In this document: positions 25,721 to 33,852 of the stretch, one piece after another
Layout: each line of letters begins with the position of its first letter
Position numbering within the stretch: the first letter of the stretch is position 1
Origin: a virus
Lineage: Duplodnaviria; Heunggongvirae; Uroviricota; Caudoviricetes
Direction: 5' to 3' (one strand)
Length of the DNA stretch: 64,000 nucleotides
IMG/VR virus record: IMGVR_UViG_3300037418_000950
Program-made: the position numbers and the translations under genes
The notes under the pieces: model-generated
The model's database searches: none
The model's input: only the letters and a program-made list of their open reading frames with translations
What the model was told of the DNA's origin: nothing

Positions 25721-25812
25721 GATATACCTTTTGAGAGAAAAATATGAGCATCCCCCGACCACGAATGCCCCCATGCCACACGCGAATAGATTTGTGGCCA
25801 TCCACCAGATCG

Positions 25813-25828
25813 GATCAATACGTTGATC
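25813..25828. promoter_or_regulatory. perfect 16-bp palindrome in leader of the paralog operon (candidate operator)
   Basis: GATCAATACGTTGATC between the consensus promoter and the first paralog. Confidence 0.35.
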
Positions 25829-25884
25829 CTATTTGATACCAAGGGGGATTACTGACACTCCCCGCGATTGGTTCAATGTTGCGA

Positions 25885-25914
25885 ATTATAGTTTAATTTT
25901 AGGTAGTTTGTCAA
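25885..25914 (-). promoter_or_regulatory. consensus sigma70 promoter driving the paralog operon
   Basis: Minus strand TTGACA-N18-TATAAT (both hexamers perfect). Confidence 0.55.
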
Positions 25915-25921
25915 CTACTTT

Positions 25922-27049
25922 TTAAGCTTCATACGAAAATGCCTTGAATTGTCGTTTGATTTCTAATTCTTCATGAGCAAACGATTTCAAAAACGCTTCC
26001 CAATGTCTTTTCTTGGTATTCCAGTTATTGAATAGGTCAACATAGGACTTCTGAGACATGAGTTGCGACGTGTAGAAACTCTCTTGTTCATTCTGAGCTT
26101 TGGCGACATTGATTGCCACGTCCAGGGCGTTGTAGAACTGTTGGGCGTGCTTCTGGATTTCTTCGTGCCAAGAATACATCAGCGTCCAGTTGGCCGCGGT
26201 CTCAGGTAGGGCGGCGAAGTCGGGATGCACACACAGACAACCCGCACTCATGGCTTCAATCAGAGCAATACAGCTTGTTTCAGGCCAGATGCTTGGATAG
26301 GCAAAGATGTGGGCATTCTGGAGTGCCTTGCGCACTTCCTCATTCGGTTTGAAGCCATGGTAGGTCACGCCTTCACAATCCTTGGCGGCTTCAATTGCCA
26401 TTTTACTTTCAACGTCGGTTTCGTCCCGTTCGCCCCAACCATAGATCGCAAAGGACGAATACACATCCAAGTGAATCTCAGGATGTTTCTCACGAAGCTT
26501 CTTGAAGACGGGAATGAGTATCTTGAGACCGCGGTGCGGCGTCGTATGATAGATCAAGTTGATTTGCGTCTTGGGTTTGTCCACCAGCGGGATCGGGTCA
26601 ATCGAATTTTGGATGACCGCCGTGCGTGACCAGGGAATGGTCGGATAAAGATTGAGAAATTGATTGCGTTGCCAGTGTGAGACAAAGACCAGCCGATGGA
26701 AGCGTGACCAGCCGCCATTGCGATCCACGGCATTGGCCGCCTCGGGATCATTGGCAAGGTCATGGAGATAGAGAACGCGATGCTTATCATCTTTCAAGTC
26801 GCGGACGCGCGACGGGATGATCTGATACTTGTCAAGTAGATCAGACGGAAGATCACGATAGAGTTGTTCCATCATGCGTTCGGTGCCGCCAAACGAGTTG
26901 ACGTTGGTCTCGTTACGTTCGAAACCTGTCTTTTGGTCAGGGCGATCCTTGGCTTCTTCCCCAACGACGTTGATTGATTTCAAATCAGCAATCATTTGTT
27001 CGGCAACTTCTTTGCCAGTAAGTTCGTCTTCGGTTAGTTCATTGCTCAT
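25922..27049 (-). CDS. GT-B fold glycosyltransferase (group 1/GT4-like)
   Basis: 375 aa; C-terminal ETSCIALIEAMSAGCLCV resembles the E-x7-E motif of GT4 retaining glycosyltransferases. Confidence 0.65.
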   Translation of the reverse strand: MSNELTEDELTGKEVAEQMIADLKSINVVGEEAKDRPDQKTGFERNETNVNSFGGTERMMEQLYRDLPSDLLDKYQIIPSRVRDLKDDKHRVLYLHDLANDPEAANAVDRNGGWSRFHRLVFVSHWQRNQFLNLYPTIPWSRTAVIQNSIDPIPLVDKPKTQINLIYHTTPHRGLKILIPVFKKLREKHPEIHLDVYSSFAIYGWGERDETDVESKMAIEAAKDCEGVTYHGFKPNEEVRKALQNAHIFAYPSIWPETSCIALIEAMSAGCLCVHPDFAALPETAANWTLMYSWHEEIQKHAQQFYNALDVAINVAKAQNEQESFYTSQLMSQKSYVDLFNNWNTKKRHWEAFLKSFAHEELEIKRQFKAFSYEA

Positions 27050-27302
27050 AGCGTTCCTTGTCGAGTAGTTCAGTTAGTTCATCAAGACTGCCAATAACCA
27101 GTCCGTCGATTTCAACGACAGGCAACAATCTCAATGATGGATATTTTTCGAGTAGTTCAGTCTTGTGATCATCGATTAGAGCTTCTTCATAATCAATGTT
27201 TCTGGATAGCAGAAATAATTTGGCCTTCTCACATCGGCCGCAATCAGGTCGCGTATAAAGCCTAATGTTCTTTTTGGGGAATAGGGGTACCACGTTGTCC
27301 AT
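27039..27302 (-). CDS. glutaredoxin/NrdH-like redoxin
   Basis: 87 aa; LYTRPDCGRCEKAK (CxxC active site at the N-terminus of a thioredoxin fold). Confidence 0.6.
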   Translation of the reverse strand: MDNVVPLFPKKNIRLYTRPDCGRCEKAKLFLLSRNIDYEEALIDDHKTELLEKYPSLRLLPVVEIDGLVIGSLDELTELLDKERYEQ

Positions 27303-27493
27303 TAGAGACCTTCCTGTAAAAATTGCTTGCGGTAAGGAAGATTGACGCGATAGTCTTCAAGCAACTGTTCGGCCTCGGTTTGGGTCAAGCGAAACTTGAC
27401 ACACAAATTTTCGCGCTTCGTCCAATCATCGGCAGACGGATCGAGGCGAAGGTTATCAAGGTAGTCAAATACTTTCTCTTTATCGTAGGTCAT
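27302..27493 (-). CDS. hypothetical protein
   Basis: 63 aa ORF, 1-nt junction with the redoxin gene. Confidence 0.4.
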   Translation of the reverse strand: MTYDKEKVFDYLDNLRLDPSADDWTKRENLCVKFRLTQTEAEQLLEDYRVNLPYRKQFLQEGL

Positions 27494-27497
27494 GGAA

Positions 27498-27770
27498 TTA
27501 TGCCTTTCTACGCTTCCTCTTGAAGCGTTCGTGTTGTTTCAATGCCGTCTCGGCTTGACTAATTACGTCGGCTTTAAAAGTTGCCTCAAAACAGAATGAG
27601 GGATTGCCATCGCCAACTCCCCGAATGGCGAACCAACGTTTCTCTTTTTCGTCGGAAAAAATTCGGACCCTATATCTCGCGGGGTCCCCGAACTTATCAG
27701 TTCCAAGATCGACCAAAACGGTCGTGACGTGCTTTAGTGGGTATTCACTATCATTTTCAATTAATTTCAA
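27498..27770 (-). CDS. hypothetical protein
   Basis: 90 aa ORF. Confidence 0.4.
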   Translation of the reverse strand: MKLIENDSEYPLKHVTTVLVDLGTDKFGDPARYRVRIFSDEKEKRWFAIRGVGDGNPSFCFEATFKADVISQAETALKQHERFKRKRRKA

Positions 27771-27771
27771 A

Positions 27772-28053
27772 TTATTCCCCGTCGTCTTGTCGTGCCTTTC
27801 GTTCCTGTATTGTCAGAGTGGATTCTTCCCCATGAAATACATGACGCGGGTTGCGGCACATCCAACAACCACATCGTTTCGGAGTCGTAGCGAAAATTTT
27901 TGTTCGATAATTGAGAATTTCGGGATCGATCTTGCGCTTGTCGCCCAGACTGACGACAAAGTAGTCTTTAACTTTCTTACAAATCGTTTGGAACTTTGCC
28001 CGACGTTCCCCCCGTTTCTTGTTCTTCGTCGGAAAGTCTCTCGGATAATCCAT
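27772..28053 (-). CDS. hypothetical protein
   Basis: 93 aa, basic, CGCWMC. Confidence 0.35.
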   Translation of the reverse strand: MDYPRDFPTKNKKRGERRAKFQTICKKVKDYFVVSLGDKRKIDPEILNYRTKIFATTPKRCGCWMCRNPRHVFHGEESTLTIQERKARQDDGE

Positions 28054-28429
28054 TCGAATCTCCTTTCGCCCATTTGAGTGCGGCTTGTTTTTCTTCGTTT
28101 GTGTAGTGAATGGCGTGCGCCAATACCTTCATTTGCCCTTTATTCAAGGCTTGAGGTGTAAGGCCCGAGGCCAGCATCTTATCTCGAAACCAGTCGGTCC
28201 AATGTTGCGAGGTATGTTCCAAGGCAACCTGGATACGGTCAAACTCACTATCCTCTAACGGGCTGTCTATACCCTCAGGCCCGTGGTAGTAGAGATAACA
28301 CGCGTAGATATATAGACGTTCGGATTCGGCGCGTCGGGCAGCAATGGCGGCATCGCGCTCGGGGTCGTGTCTGGTGTATCCTTTGCCGTCTTCGGATGGA
28401 TACCATTGCCCTACGATTTTCTCAGTCAC
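27977..28429 (-). CDS. hypothetical protein
   Basis: 150 aa ORF; overlaps 27772..28053 in another frame, so one of the two may be mis-called. Confidence 0.4.
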   Translation of the reverse strand: MTEKIVGQWYPSEDGKGYTRHDPERDAAIAARRAESERLYIYACYLYYHGPEGIDSPLEDSEFDRIQVALEHTSQHWTDWFRDKMLASGLTPQALNKGQMKVLAHAIHYTNEEKQAALKWAKGDSNGLSERLSDEEQETGGTSGKVPNDL

Positions 28430-28635
28430 CAGCTATCATAGTCCGAAATGTTTTCCTTGGTTCCGCAGTGGCAACACTTGACGATAACTGCGATTGCTAT
28501 GCCTGTAGTTCGCAGATGAATATTCAGGGCGAGGCCGCCGCGATACTTCTTCTTACCTTTATGCATACATTTAGAATGTTTTTGTTCGAACGCTTCAAAC
28601 GCGGCTTGTTCGGATTGAGTGAATTTGAGATTCAT
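28426..28635 (-). CDS. small zinc-finger protein
   Basis: 69 aa; CCHCGTKENISDYDSW. Confidence 0.4.
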   Translation of the reverse strand: MNLKFTQSEQAAFEAFEQKHSKCMHKGKKKYRGGLALNIHLRTTGIAIAVIVKCCHCGTKENISDYDSW

Positions 28636-28916
28636 CAGGTTTTCTCGAAATAGATGTGCCCGCCCTTGACAATCCAGGTAGGTCCGAATTTTTTGAGATA
28701 GCGGTGCGTCTTCGCGCGGCCCAATTCCTCGGTCAAGGCACTAATTTTGGTGGGTCTATAGCTGACTTTTTTGGACTTGGCCTTTTGCTTGGCAGCGGCC
28801 CTATCGGGCATCAGAGCCCTTAGACATTTGTGTGAGTTCTTATCAATAAAATCGAACATCACATAAGTATAATTATGAGGGTAGTCAAAATCCCCCTTAG
28901 GTCTTCCGTGTTTCAA
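28635..28916 (-). CDS. hypothetical protein
   Basis: 93 aa basic ORF. Confidence 0.4.
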   Translation of the reverse strand: MKHGRPKGDFDYPHNYTYVMFDFIDKNSHKCLRALMPDRAAAKQKAKSKKVSYRPTKISALTEELGRAKTHRYLKKFGPTWIVKGGHIYFEKT

Positions 28917-28928
28917 ATATACTCCGAG

Positions 28929-28950
28929 TAAGTAACCGAGGGGGAAATCC
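28929..28950. other. GC-rich stem-loop between two genes
   Basis: CCGAGGGGG-AAAT-CCCCCTCGG (9-bp stem) between the gene ending at 28961 and the gene starting at 28916. Confidence 0.4.
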
Positions 28951-28960
28951 CCCTCGGGTA

Positions 28961-29998
28961 TTAATGTACAGTGGCAGGTTTCTCCGCCCCGATAAGCTCT
29001 TTGAGGTGTTCAACCAAGGTCTGGCGAGCAGTGTCGCCGTTGAACTTGGTGACCTTGCCATCCTCGCGGCTTTCACCCAGAATGAACTTGGCATCCCCTG
29101 CATCGATCATGGCCAAAAGCTTCTCAGCATCAGCCGCAGTCAAAGGCTTGGGTTTCCCATCGCCACCGATACGAACGACTTGCCCATTTTTGTGTTGGGC
29201 AATGGCAATAGGTTGCAATCCTATCGACTGTAAAATATCGGCCATTATATCACGTTTCTTAACCTCTTGTCGAGGGGTTGGCCGATTCGGCAACCGCCCC
29301 GATGCGATTAATTCATCCGTAACACGTTTGGCGACTTCACGGGCGTCGATTTCCCAAGGCAGATTCTCGTAGACTTTCTGATCTTCGTCCGACTTCGGGA
29401 AATTGACCTTGGGGTCAATCGCCATGCGGTTGCCGTCCCAATAGCATACTTTCTTTCCGTCGTGGGTGTTCAGTTCGTCTTCCTTGACAACATATCGCCC
29501 ATCGATAGATTGTCGCAGGTGTTGCAGTTCGTGAACAACCGCTTCAACCGTTTCAATATCGGCTTCGTCGGCCGCCGCCCGAACGTCTTCCGTTGAATTG
29601 ACTTCGAAGTTGTTCAGGTAGAACTTTGCGATGTTGTCGGCATCAACATTTATTACAGTATGTTGCACGCCGTCATGCTTGAACGTGAGGTTGGACCCCA
29701 TCGCGCCGTCCTGAACGAACGTGAAATGCACGTTTTCAAAGTCCTTAGCCTCGTCCAGGCCAAGCTTGGAAAGAATGGCTTCGTACACACCTTCGTACTT
29801 GGCCAGTTTCTTCTTTAAGTCCTTGACACTTGACGCGAGGGCAGCTTTTCTCTTTTGACATTTCGGGCAGTTACAAGTATCCGCCCATTTGTTTAAGGCT
29901 TCGTCCCCAATGAGTTCACGAACTTTCTCGGGGTTAAGAAGGTCCCTCAATACTTCGTCGTCTAAGAGACTCAGTATCTTGGTTTTTACGTCAGACAT
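28961..29998 (-). CDS. HExxH motif protein with N-terminal zinc ribbon
   Basis: 345 aa; CNCPKCQKRK, VHELQHLRQ, NLPWEIDAREVAKR; shares HExxH...PWEIDA with 16293..16745. Confidence 0.45.
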   Translation of the reverse strand: MSDVKTKILSLLDDEVLRDLLNPEKVRELIGDEALNKWADTCNCPKCQKRKAALASSVKDLKKKLAKYEGVYEAILSKLGLDEAKDFENVHFTFVQDGAMGSNLTFKHDGVQHTVINVDADNIAKFYLNNFEVNSTEDVRAAADEADIETVEAVVHELQHLRQSIDGRYVVKEDELNTHDGKKVCYWDGNRMAIDPKVNFPKSDEDQKVYENLPWEIDAREVAKRVTDELIASGRLPNRPTPRQEVKKRDIMADILQSIGLQPIAIAQHKNGQVVRIGGDGKPKPLTAADAEKLLAMIDAGDAKFILGESREDGKVTKFNGDTARQTLVEHLKELIGAEKPATVH

Positions 29999-30164
29999 AC
30001 CTTACCTATCCTTTCCGTGGCCAAAGTGGCGAGGTAGACTTAGGCAGGTTTTGGTAAAAATCAAGACACAAATTATTTCTTTACTCGTGCCCGTCGAGCC
30101 TTGCGTTTGGCACTGCCGACCTTGCGGCGGCCCTTACGCGGGCGGTTTTTAGCGGGGTGTGGCA

Positions 30165-30464
30165 TCAGATATCATCCCAATCATCGTTGCCCATCTTTGA
30201 AGAAACTTTCTTTTTACGCGAAGATGTACTACCAACACAGAGGTTTTCGTCATGGTACTTGATCGGGTCGGCACTCATTTCTATCAAGCTTTCTTCCGCC
30301 ATCTGAATGGTAGTCTCAATAGTGGCTATCTGTTGCTTCCATGCGGCGATATTTTTTAGAACCTGGACAGCCGCAGACTTGACGCGTTCTTTCTTACTCT
30401 CCAACGCGTCACGTTGTTCCTTGGCTATCTGTGCCTTCGCTTGTTCCACTACATCGTCTATCAT
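30165..30464 (-). CDS. hypothetical coiled-coil protein
   Basis: 99 aa, heptad-like charged sequence. Confidence 0.4.
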   Translation of the reverse strand: MIDDVVEQAKAQIAKEQRDALESKKERVKSAAVQVLKNIAAWKQQIATIETTIQMAEESLIEMSADPIKYHDENLCVGSTSSRKKKVSSKMGNDDWDDI

Positions 30465-30891
30465 TGTTGCTCCAAATTACACTCATATCAGCTTCGCGGT
30501 AGTAGGGTCCTTTGAGAATCTTGCCGTCTTCACGTTTGACGACTTCGCCGTTGGGACCGATCTTGGACATGTTGCTGTCATTGACAGCCCTAAAGGCTAC
30601 GTCAGCGTTGATCCCCAGGGCACAGTCGGTGCCGTAGGTCACAACTTTTAGATCGGCCGATTCTTTGGCGATCTTCTCAAGATCAAATTCGACTTCGATT
30701 GGTTCAAGTTCGACTGTAATTATCGCCTTGCAACCTTGCTCGTGAAAATAGTTGCCGTGAATCTCAAACCCAAGTTCGTAAAGAAGCTCTTTGCATTCTT
30801 CGAAAATCAGTTTCGCCCTAAGTAAGCGAGTCTCAGGGTCTCTTAAATCTGGTGTCTCAGGATCAGGGGTGCCACCAAACCTCTTATGCAT
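30409..30891 (-). CDS. MazG-like nucleotide pyrophosphohydrolase (all-alpha NTP-PPase), tentative
   Basis: 160 aa; RLLRAKLIFEECKELLYEL helix pair resembles the MazG/HisE catalytic core. Confidence 0.4.
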   Translation of the reverse strand: MHKRFGGTPDPETPDLRDPETRLLRAKLIFEECKELLYELGFEIHGNYFHEQGCKAIITVELEPIEVEFDLEKIAKESADLKVVTYGTDCALGINADVAFRAVNDSNMSKIGPNGEVVKREDGKILKGPYYREADMSVIWSNNDRRCSGTSEGTDSQGTT

Positions 30892-30964
30892 TGCTTTAAT
30901 CAGATCGTAGTTGGTAAGGGAGTTGCCCCCCTTACCATTGCATTCACACTTACAAGTTATTTCG

Positions 30965-31525
30965 TTATTCCCTAAATGCTATAGCGTTCCTTACGTTCAT
31001 CGAAACGACAGCAACGCGATTGTTATAGTTGCCAGACTTGACGACACATCGGCCGTTGCCACAGGGGCCAACAATTAGCCCGACGTGGTGGGGCCAGACA
31101 ACCACGGCCCCTTGATGTGGAGTGGACGGACGGCCCCAACGCGCCCAATTACGGGCGAGGTTGTAGGCAGAGTTCCCAACTCCCTTGATTTGACGCATGT
31201 ACCAACCACACCAAGCCCTCGGGCGCCCGTCTGCATAACGCCGCCGATGACTATAGTTGGCCCGAGCATAGCCGCGATGATAAACCCGCCTTTGACTATA
31301 ACGCGTCCGAGCATAATGTCTGGTGCCATAATAACGCCGTACATTGTGCCGATTGTAGCTATAGTGTCGGTAGGTTTTCTTCGCGTGCCGTGCTCGTTCG
31401 TAACTCTGATACGTTACTGGAGTTTGATAATAACTATCGCCGTGATTGGAGCGGATTGGTCTGGCGTCTGCCATTGACGGCACCCCCATGACCATTCCGA
31501 CAAGCATTGCCAATAGTATTCGCAT
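30965..31525 (-). CDS. secreted CHAP-domain peptidoglycan hydrolase
   Basis: Start at MRILLAMLVGMVMGVPSMA (signal peptide); Arg/Tyr-rich linker; C-terminal AWCGWY...HHVGLIVG (Cys/His of a CHAP amidase/peptidase). Confidence 0.55.
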   Translation of the reverse strand: MRILLAMLVGMVMGVPSMADARPIRSNHGDSYYQTPVTYQSYERARHAKKTYRHYSYNRHNVRRYYGTRHYARTRYSQRRVYHRGYARANYSHRRRYADGRPRAWCGWYMRQIKGVGNSAYNLARNWARWGRPSTPHQGAVVVWPHHVGLIVGPCGNGRCVVKSGNYNNRVAVVSMNVRNAIAFRE

Positions 31526-31538
31526 ACCAGTTGTTCCC

Positions 31539-32438
31539 TCAGTTGTTGGACTTAGGTGTGGAAGTATCATTCAGTTGGATGAACGGAATCGCCCCCTGAC
31601 CAGTCATACGTGGAAGTTCCCCGTTCCAACGTTCGATGCTCTTATATTGCACCAATTCAGGTGTCAACGATTTGGACAGGATTTCGTTGGCCTTGGCTTG
31701 CGCCGTTGCAACAGCAAGAATGGATCGAGCTTTGCCCTCAGCTTCCGCCACTGTTTTATCAGCTTCCGCCTTGGCTTGCGCGACTTCGTTCTGGACCCGT
31801 TCGGCTTCCTGAGTTGCCCGAATCTTGTTATTTAAGGAGGTAATCACTTCCTTGGGCAAACGAATTGTACCGATCCAGTAAATTTTCTCAACATTGATGC
31901 CAATCGGCCCCACTTCGTCTCGGACAGTTTTTATCACCGAAGCCATAAGCTCGGCTTTGCCCGCCCCGTAAATGTCATCAATCTTCATTTGTGAGGCGCG
32001 TTCGGTGAGGGCATCCCTGACCATGTTGCGCAGATACACATCGGTAATTTCGGTAATACCGCGCCGATATTTCTGGAAAATCCCTGTGACCTTGCCAGCA
32101 TCGATATGGTAGGAAATACCAATGTCGGCATTGACACTCATGCCCTCGGTCGATTGAAACGTAAACGATTCGTCCTGACCAGAACCCTCGGATGGTTCGT
32201 GCGTCCAGGTATAGTTTTGAGTGAAGGTTGGGAATAGATAGACTTGTTCATTCCAACCGACCCAATAACGTCCAGTTGGAAGTTCAACTGAATCGACACC
32301 CTTGTAGGTGCCTAACAAGTATACTTTCACACCAACCATTCCAGGTGGAACCGTGGTGAGAAACGAGAAATAGCCAATAGCCGCCATAACAGCGACCAAG
32401 GCGACCAAGAATAGGCCACCAGTTGCTTTCATAATCAA
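31539..32438 (-). CDS. SPFH/band-7 (stomatin/prohibitin-like) membrane protein
   Basis: 299 aa; N-terminal TM helix, SPFH core, C-terminal Ala/Glu coiled coil (AQAKAEADKTVAEAEGKARS). Confidence 0.7.
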   Translation of the reverse strand: MIMKATGGLFLVALVAVMAAIGYFSFLTTVPPGMVGVKVYLLGTYKGVDSVELPTGRYWVGWNEQVYLFPTFTQNYTWTHEPSEGSGQDESFTFQSTEGMSVNADIGISYHIDAGKVTGIFQKYRRGITEITDVYLRNMVRDALTERASQMKIDDIYGAGKAELMASVIKTVRDEVGPIGINVEKIYWIGTIRLPKEVITSLNNKIRATQEAERVQNEVAQAKAEADKTVAEAEGKARSILAVATAQAKANEILSKSLTPELVQYKSIERWNGELPRMTGQGAIPFIQLNDTSTPKSNN

Positions 32439-32459
32439 AACTCCAATATGTAAGGAAGA

Positions 32460-32654
32460 TTAGTCTTCATCCCCGACGATGAATGGCAGGCATAATTTAT
32501 AGACGCACCACACCATTGTACACGCCAGGATGATTCCAAGCCCAAACCCGATGAACACCAACACGGTCGAGGTACTTGAAACAAGTGAAGGGACAAGGGT
32601 CCCGATAAACAAAAACGATATCAGTGCTATTAAGGTGTATAAAATCTCATTCAT
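32460..32654 (-). CDS. small membrane protein
   Basis: 64 aa, two hydrophobic helices. Confidence 0.4.
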   Translation of the reverse strand: MNEILYTLIALISFLFIGTLVPSLVSSTSTVLVFIGFGLGIILACTMVWCVYKLCLPFIVGDED

Positions 32655-33070
32655 GACTCATCCTCTAAATCGCTATCACAAGCTTGGTTGGCGGCACGAC
32701 GACAAGCATCATTTTTCAGGAGCATCAGCCCACACTTGACGCAATAGCACCAATGCAGGAACCGTCCCGTGAACTTATGATGACTTCGTTTGAGTTGTTT
32801 TAGTTTATGTTTCTTAGAAATTGGATCACATTATAAATGATGATGATAATGAGATAGAGAGTGAATGCGGCGATGCCCGCGATGACCAGTTCGGCTGTGA
32901 GAGATGCCAACATTTGAAGGAAGATCGAGAGATAGAGGATCATTCACTTTCTCCTATCATTGATAAGAGAATGGCAAATGACAGAAGCATTTTATCGCCA
33001 GGAGACGGCGCGAAAAACGCGCCAATGCACAGAATCAATACTAAAAAATACATAATCTCCCCCGAGATTT

Positions 33071-33146
33071 TGGTGCGGATTGCGCGGAGTCGAACCCGCA
33101 ACTTCGGGATGGAAGCCCGATATTTTACCTTTGAAACTAAACCCGC
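33071..33146 (-). tRNA. tRNA-Gly (anticodon TCC)
   Basis: Acceptor GCGGGTT/AATCCGC plus A plus CCA, D-arm GTTT-CAAAGGTA-AAAT, anticodon arm TCGGG-CTTCCAT-CCCGA, T-loop TTCGACT; T-stem 3' side has a 1-nt irregularity. Confidence 0.6.
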
Positions 33147-33153
33147 ATATTGA

Positions 33154-33246
33154 TGGTAGGCGTCCAGGGAATTGAACCCTGCCGTGAACGGTAATCTGCC
33201 GCCAAGGGGTTATAAATCCCTCCCGCACGTACCAGTGCTGACGCCC
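33154..33246 (-). tRNA. 93-nt tRNA-like gene with two anticodon-like hairpins
   Basis: Acceptor GGGCGTC/GACGCCT, discriminator A plus CCA, perfect T-arm CAGGGTTCAATTCCCTG, D-arm GCAC-TGGTAC-GTGC. One hairpin (AGGG-TTTATAA-CCCT) gives anticodon TAT and a second (GGCGG-CAGATTA-CCGTT) gives GAT. Confidence 0.4.
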
Positions 33247-33464
33247 TAATCGTGAGTATTCGCGTATCGTTGGAGCATTTCCAGAAACGATTGATTATTT
33301 AGCGAACCGTTCCAGATATTCTGGCAAGTAAATTCAGCGGCGTCCTGGAATATTTTGATGATTGGACGATTAGGATACTTGCGCATTAAAACGTAAAGAA
33401 CGTCTCGAAATTCGGCAACCTGAGACATTTCACCTTCAGATAATTGACGCATATTATACCTCAT
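33246..33464 (-). CDS. hypothetical protein
   Basis: 72 aa ORF ending where the 93-nt tRNA-like gene begins. Confidence 0.35.
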   Translation of the reverse strand: MRYNMRQLSEGEMSQVAEFRDVLYVLMRKYPNRPIIKIFQDAAEFTCQNIWNGSLNNQSFLEMLQRYANTHD

Positions 33465-33483
33465 ACTTACTCAGAAGTCAATT

Positions 33484-33852
33484 TCATTTGACACCCTGAA
33501 CAATAACTTTGTCATCTAATTGAATGTAGTAGTCGCCAGCATAGTCCTGACAAACGACCGCGGCCTTTACCTCGGGATGATCGGTTTTCTTGAAGACCTT
33601 CAACACAATGCCATATCCTGACAACCAGAGCCCCTTACCGTAACAGTCGGCAATGCGGTTGCCTGTAATAGCAATGTCTTCGCCATGATCCTTCATGAAG
33701 CGAATCAAGGCATCGGGCGACGTATCGATGCCCACTACGGGAAGGATTTCGGTCTTCCATTCCGATGCTTGCGATACATTAATCAAGGCTGAGAATGCCA
33801 AGGCGGCAAGGACGGCGACGGCAGCATAAAGACAGACACTAATTTTTGTCAT
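33484..33852 (-). CDS. secreted/lipoprotein-like small protein
   Basis: 122 aa; signal peptide MTKISVCLYAAVAVLAALAFSALINVSQA. Confidence 0.45.
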   Translation of the reverse strand: MTKISVCLYAAVAVLAALAFSALINVSQASEWKTEILPVVGIDTSPDALIRFMKDHGEDIAITGNRIADCYGKGLWLSGYGIVLKVFKKTDHPEVKAAVVCQDYAGDYYIQLDDKVIVQGVK

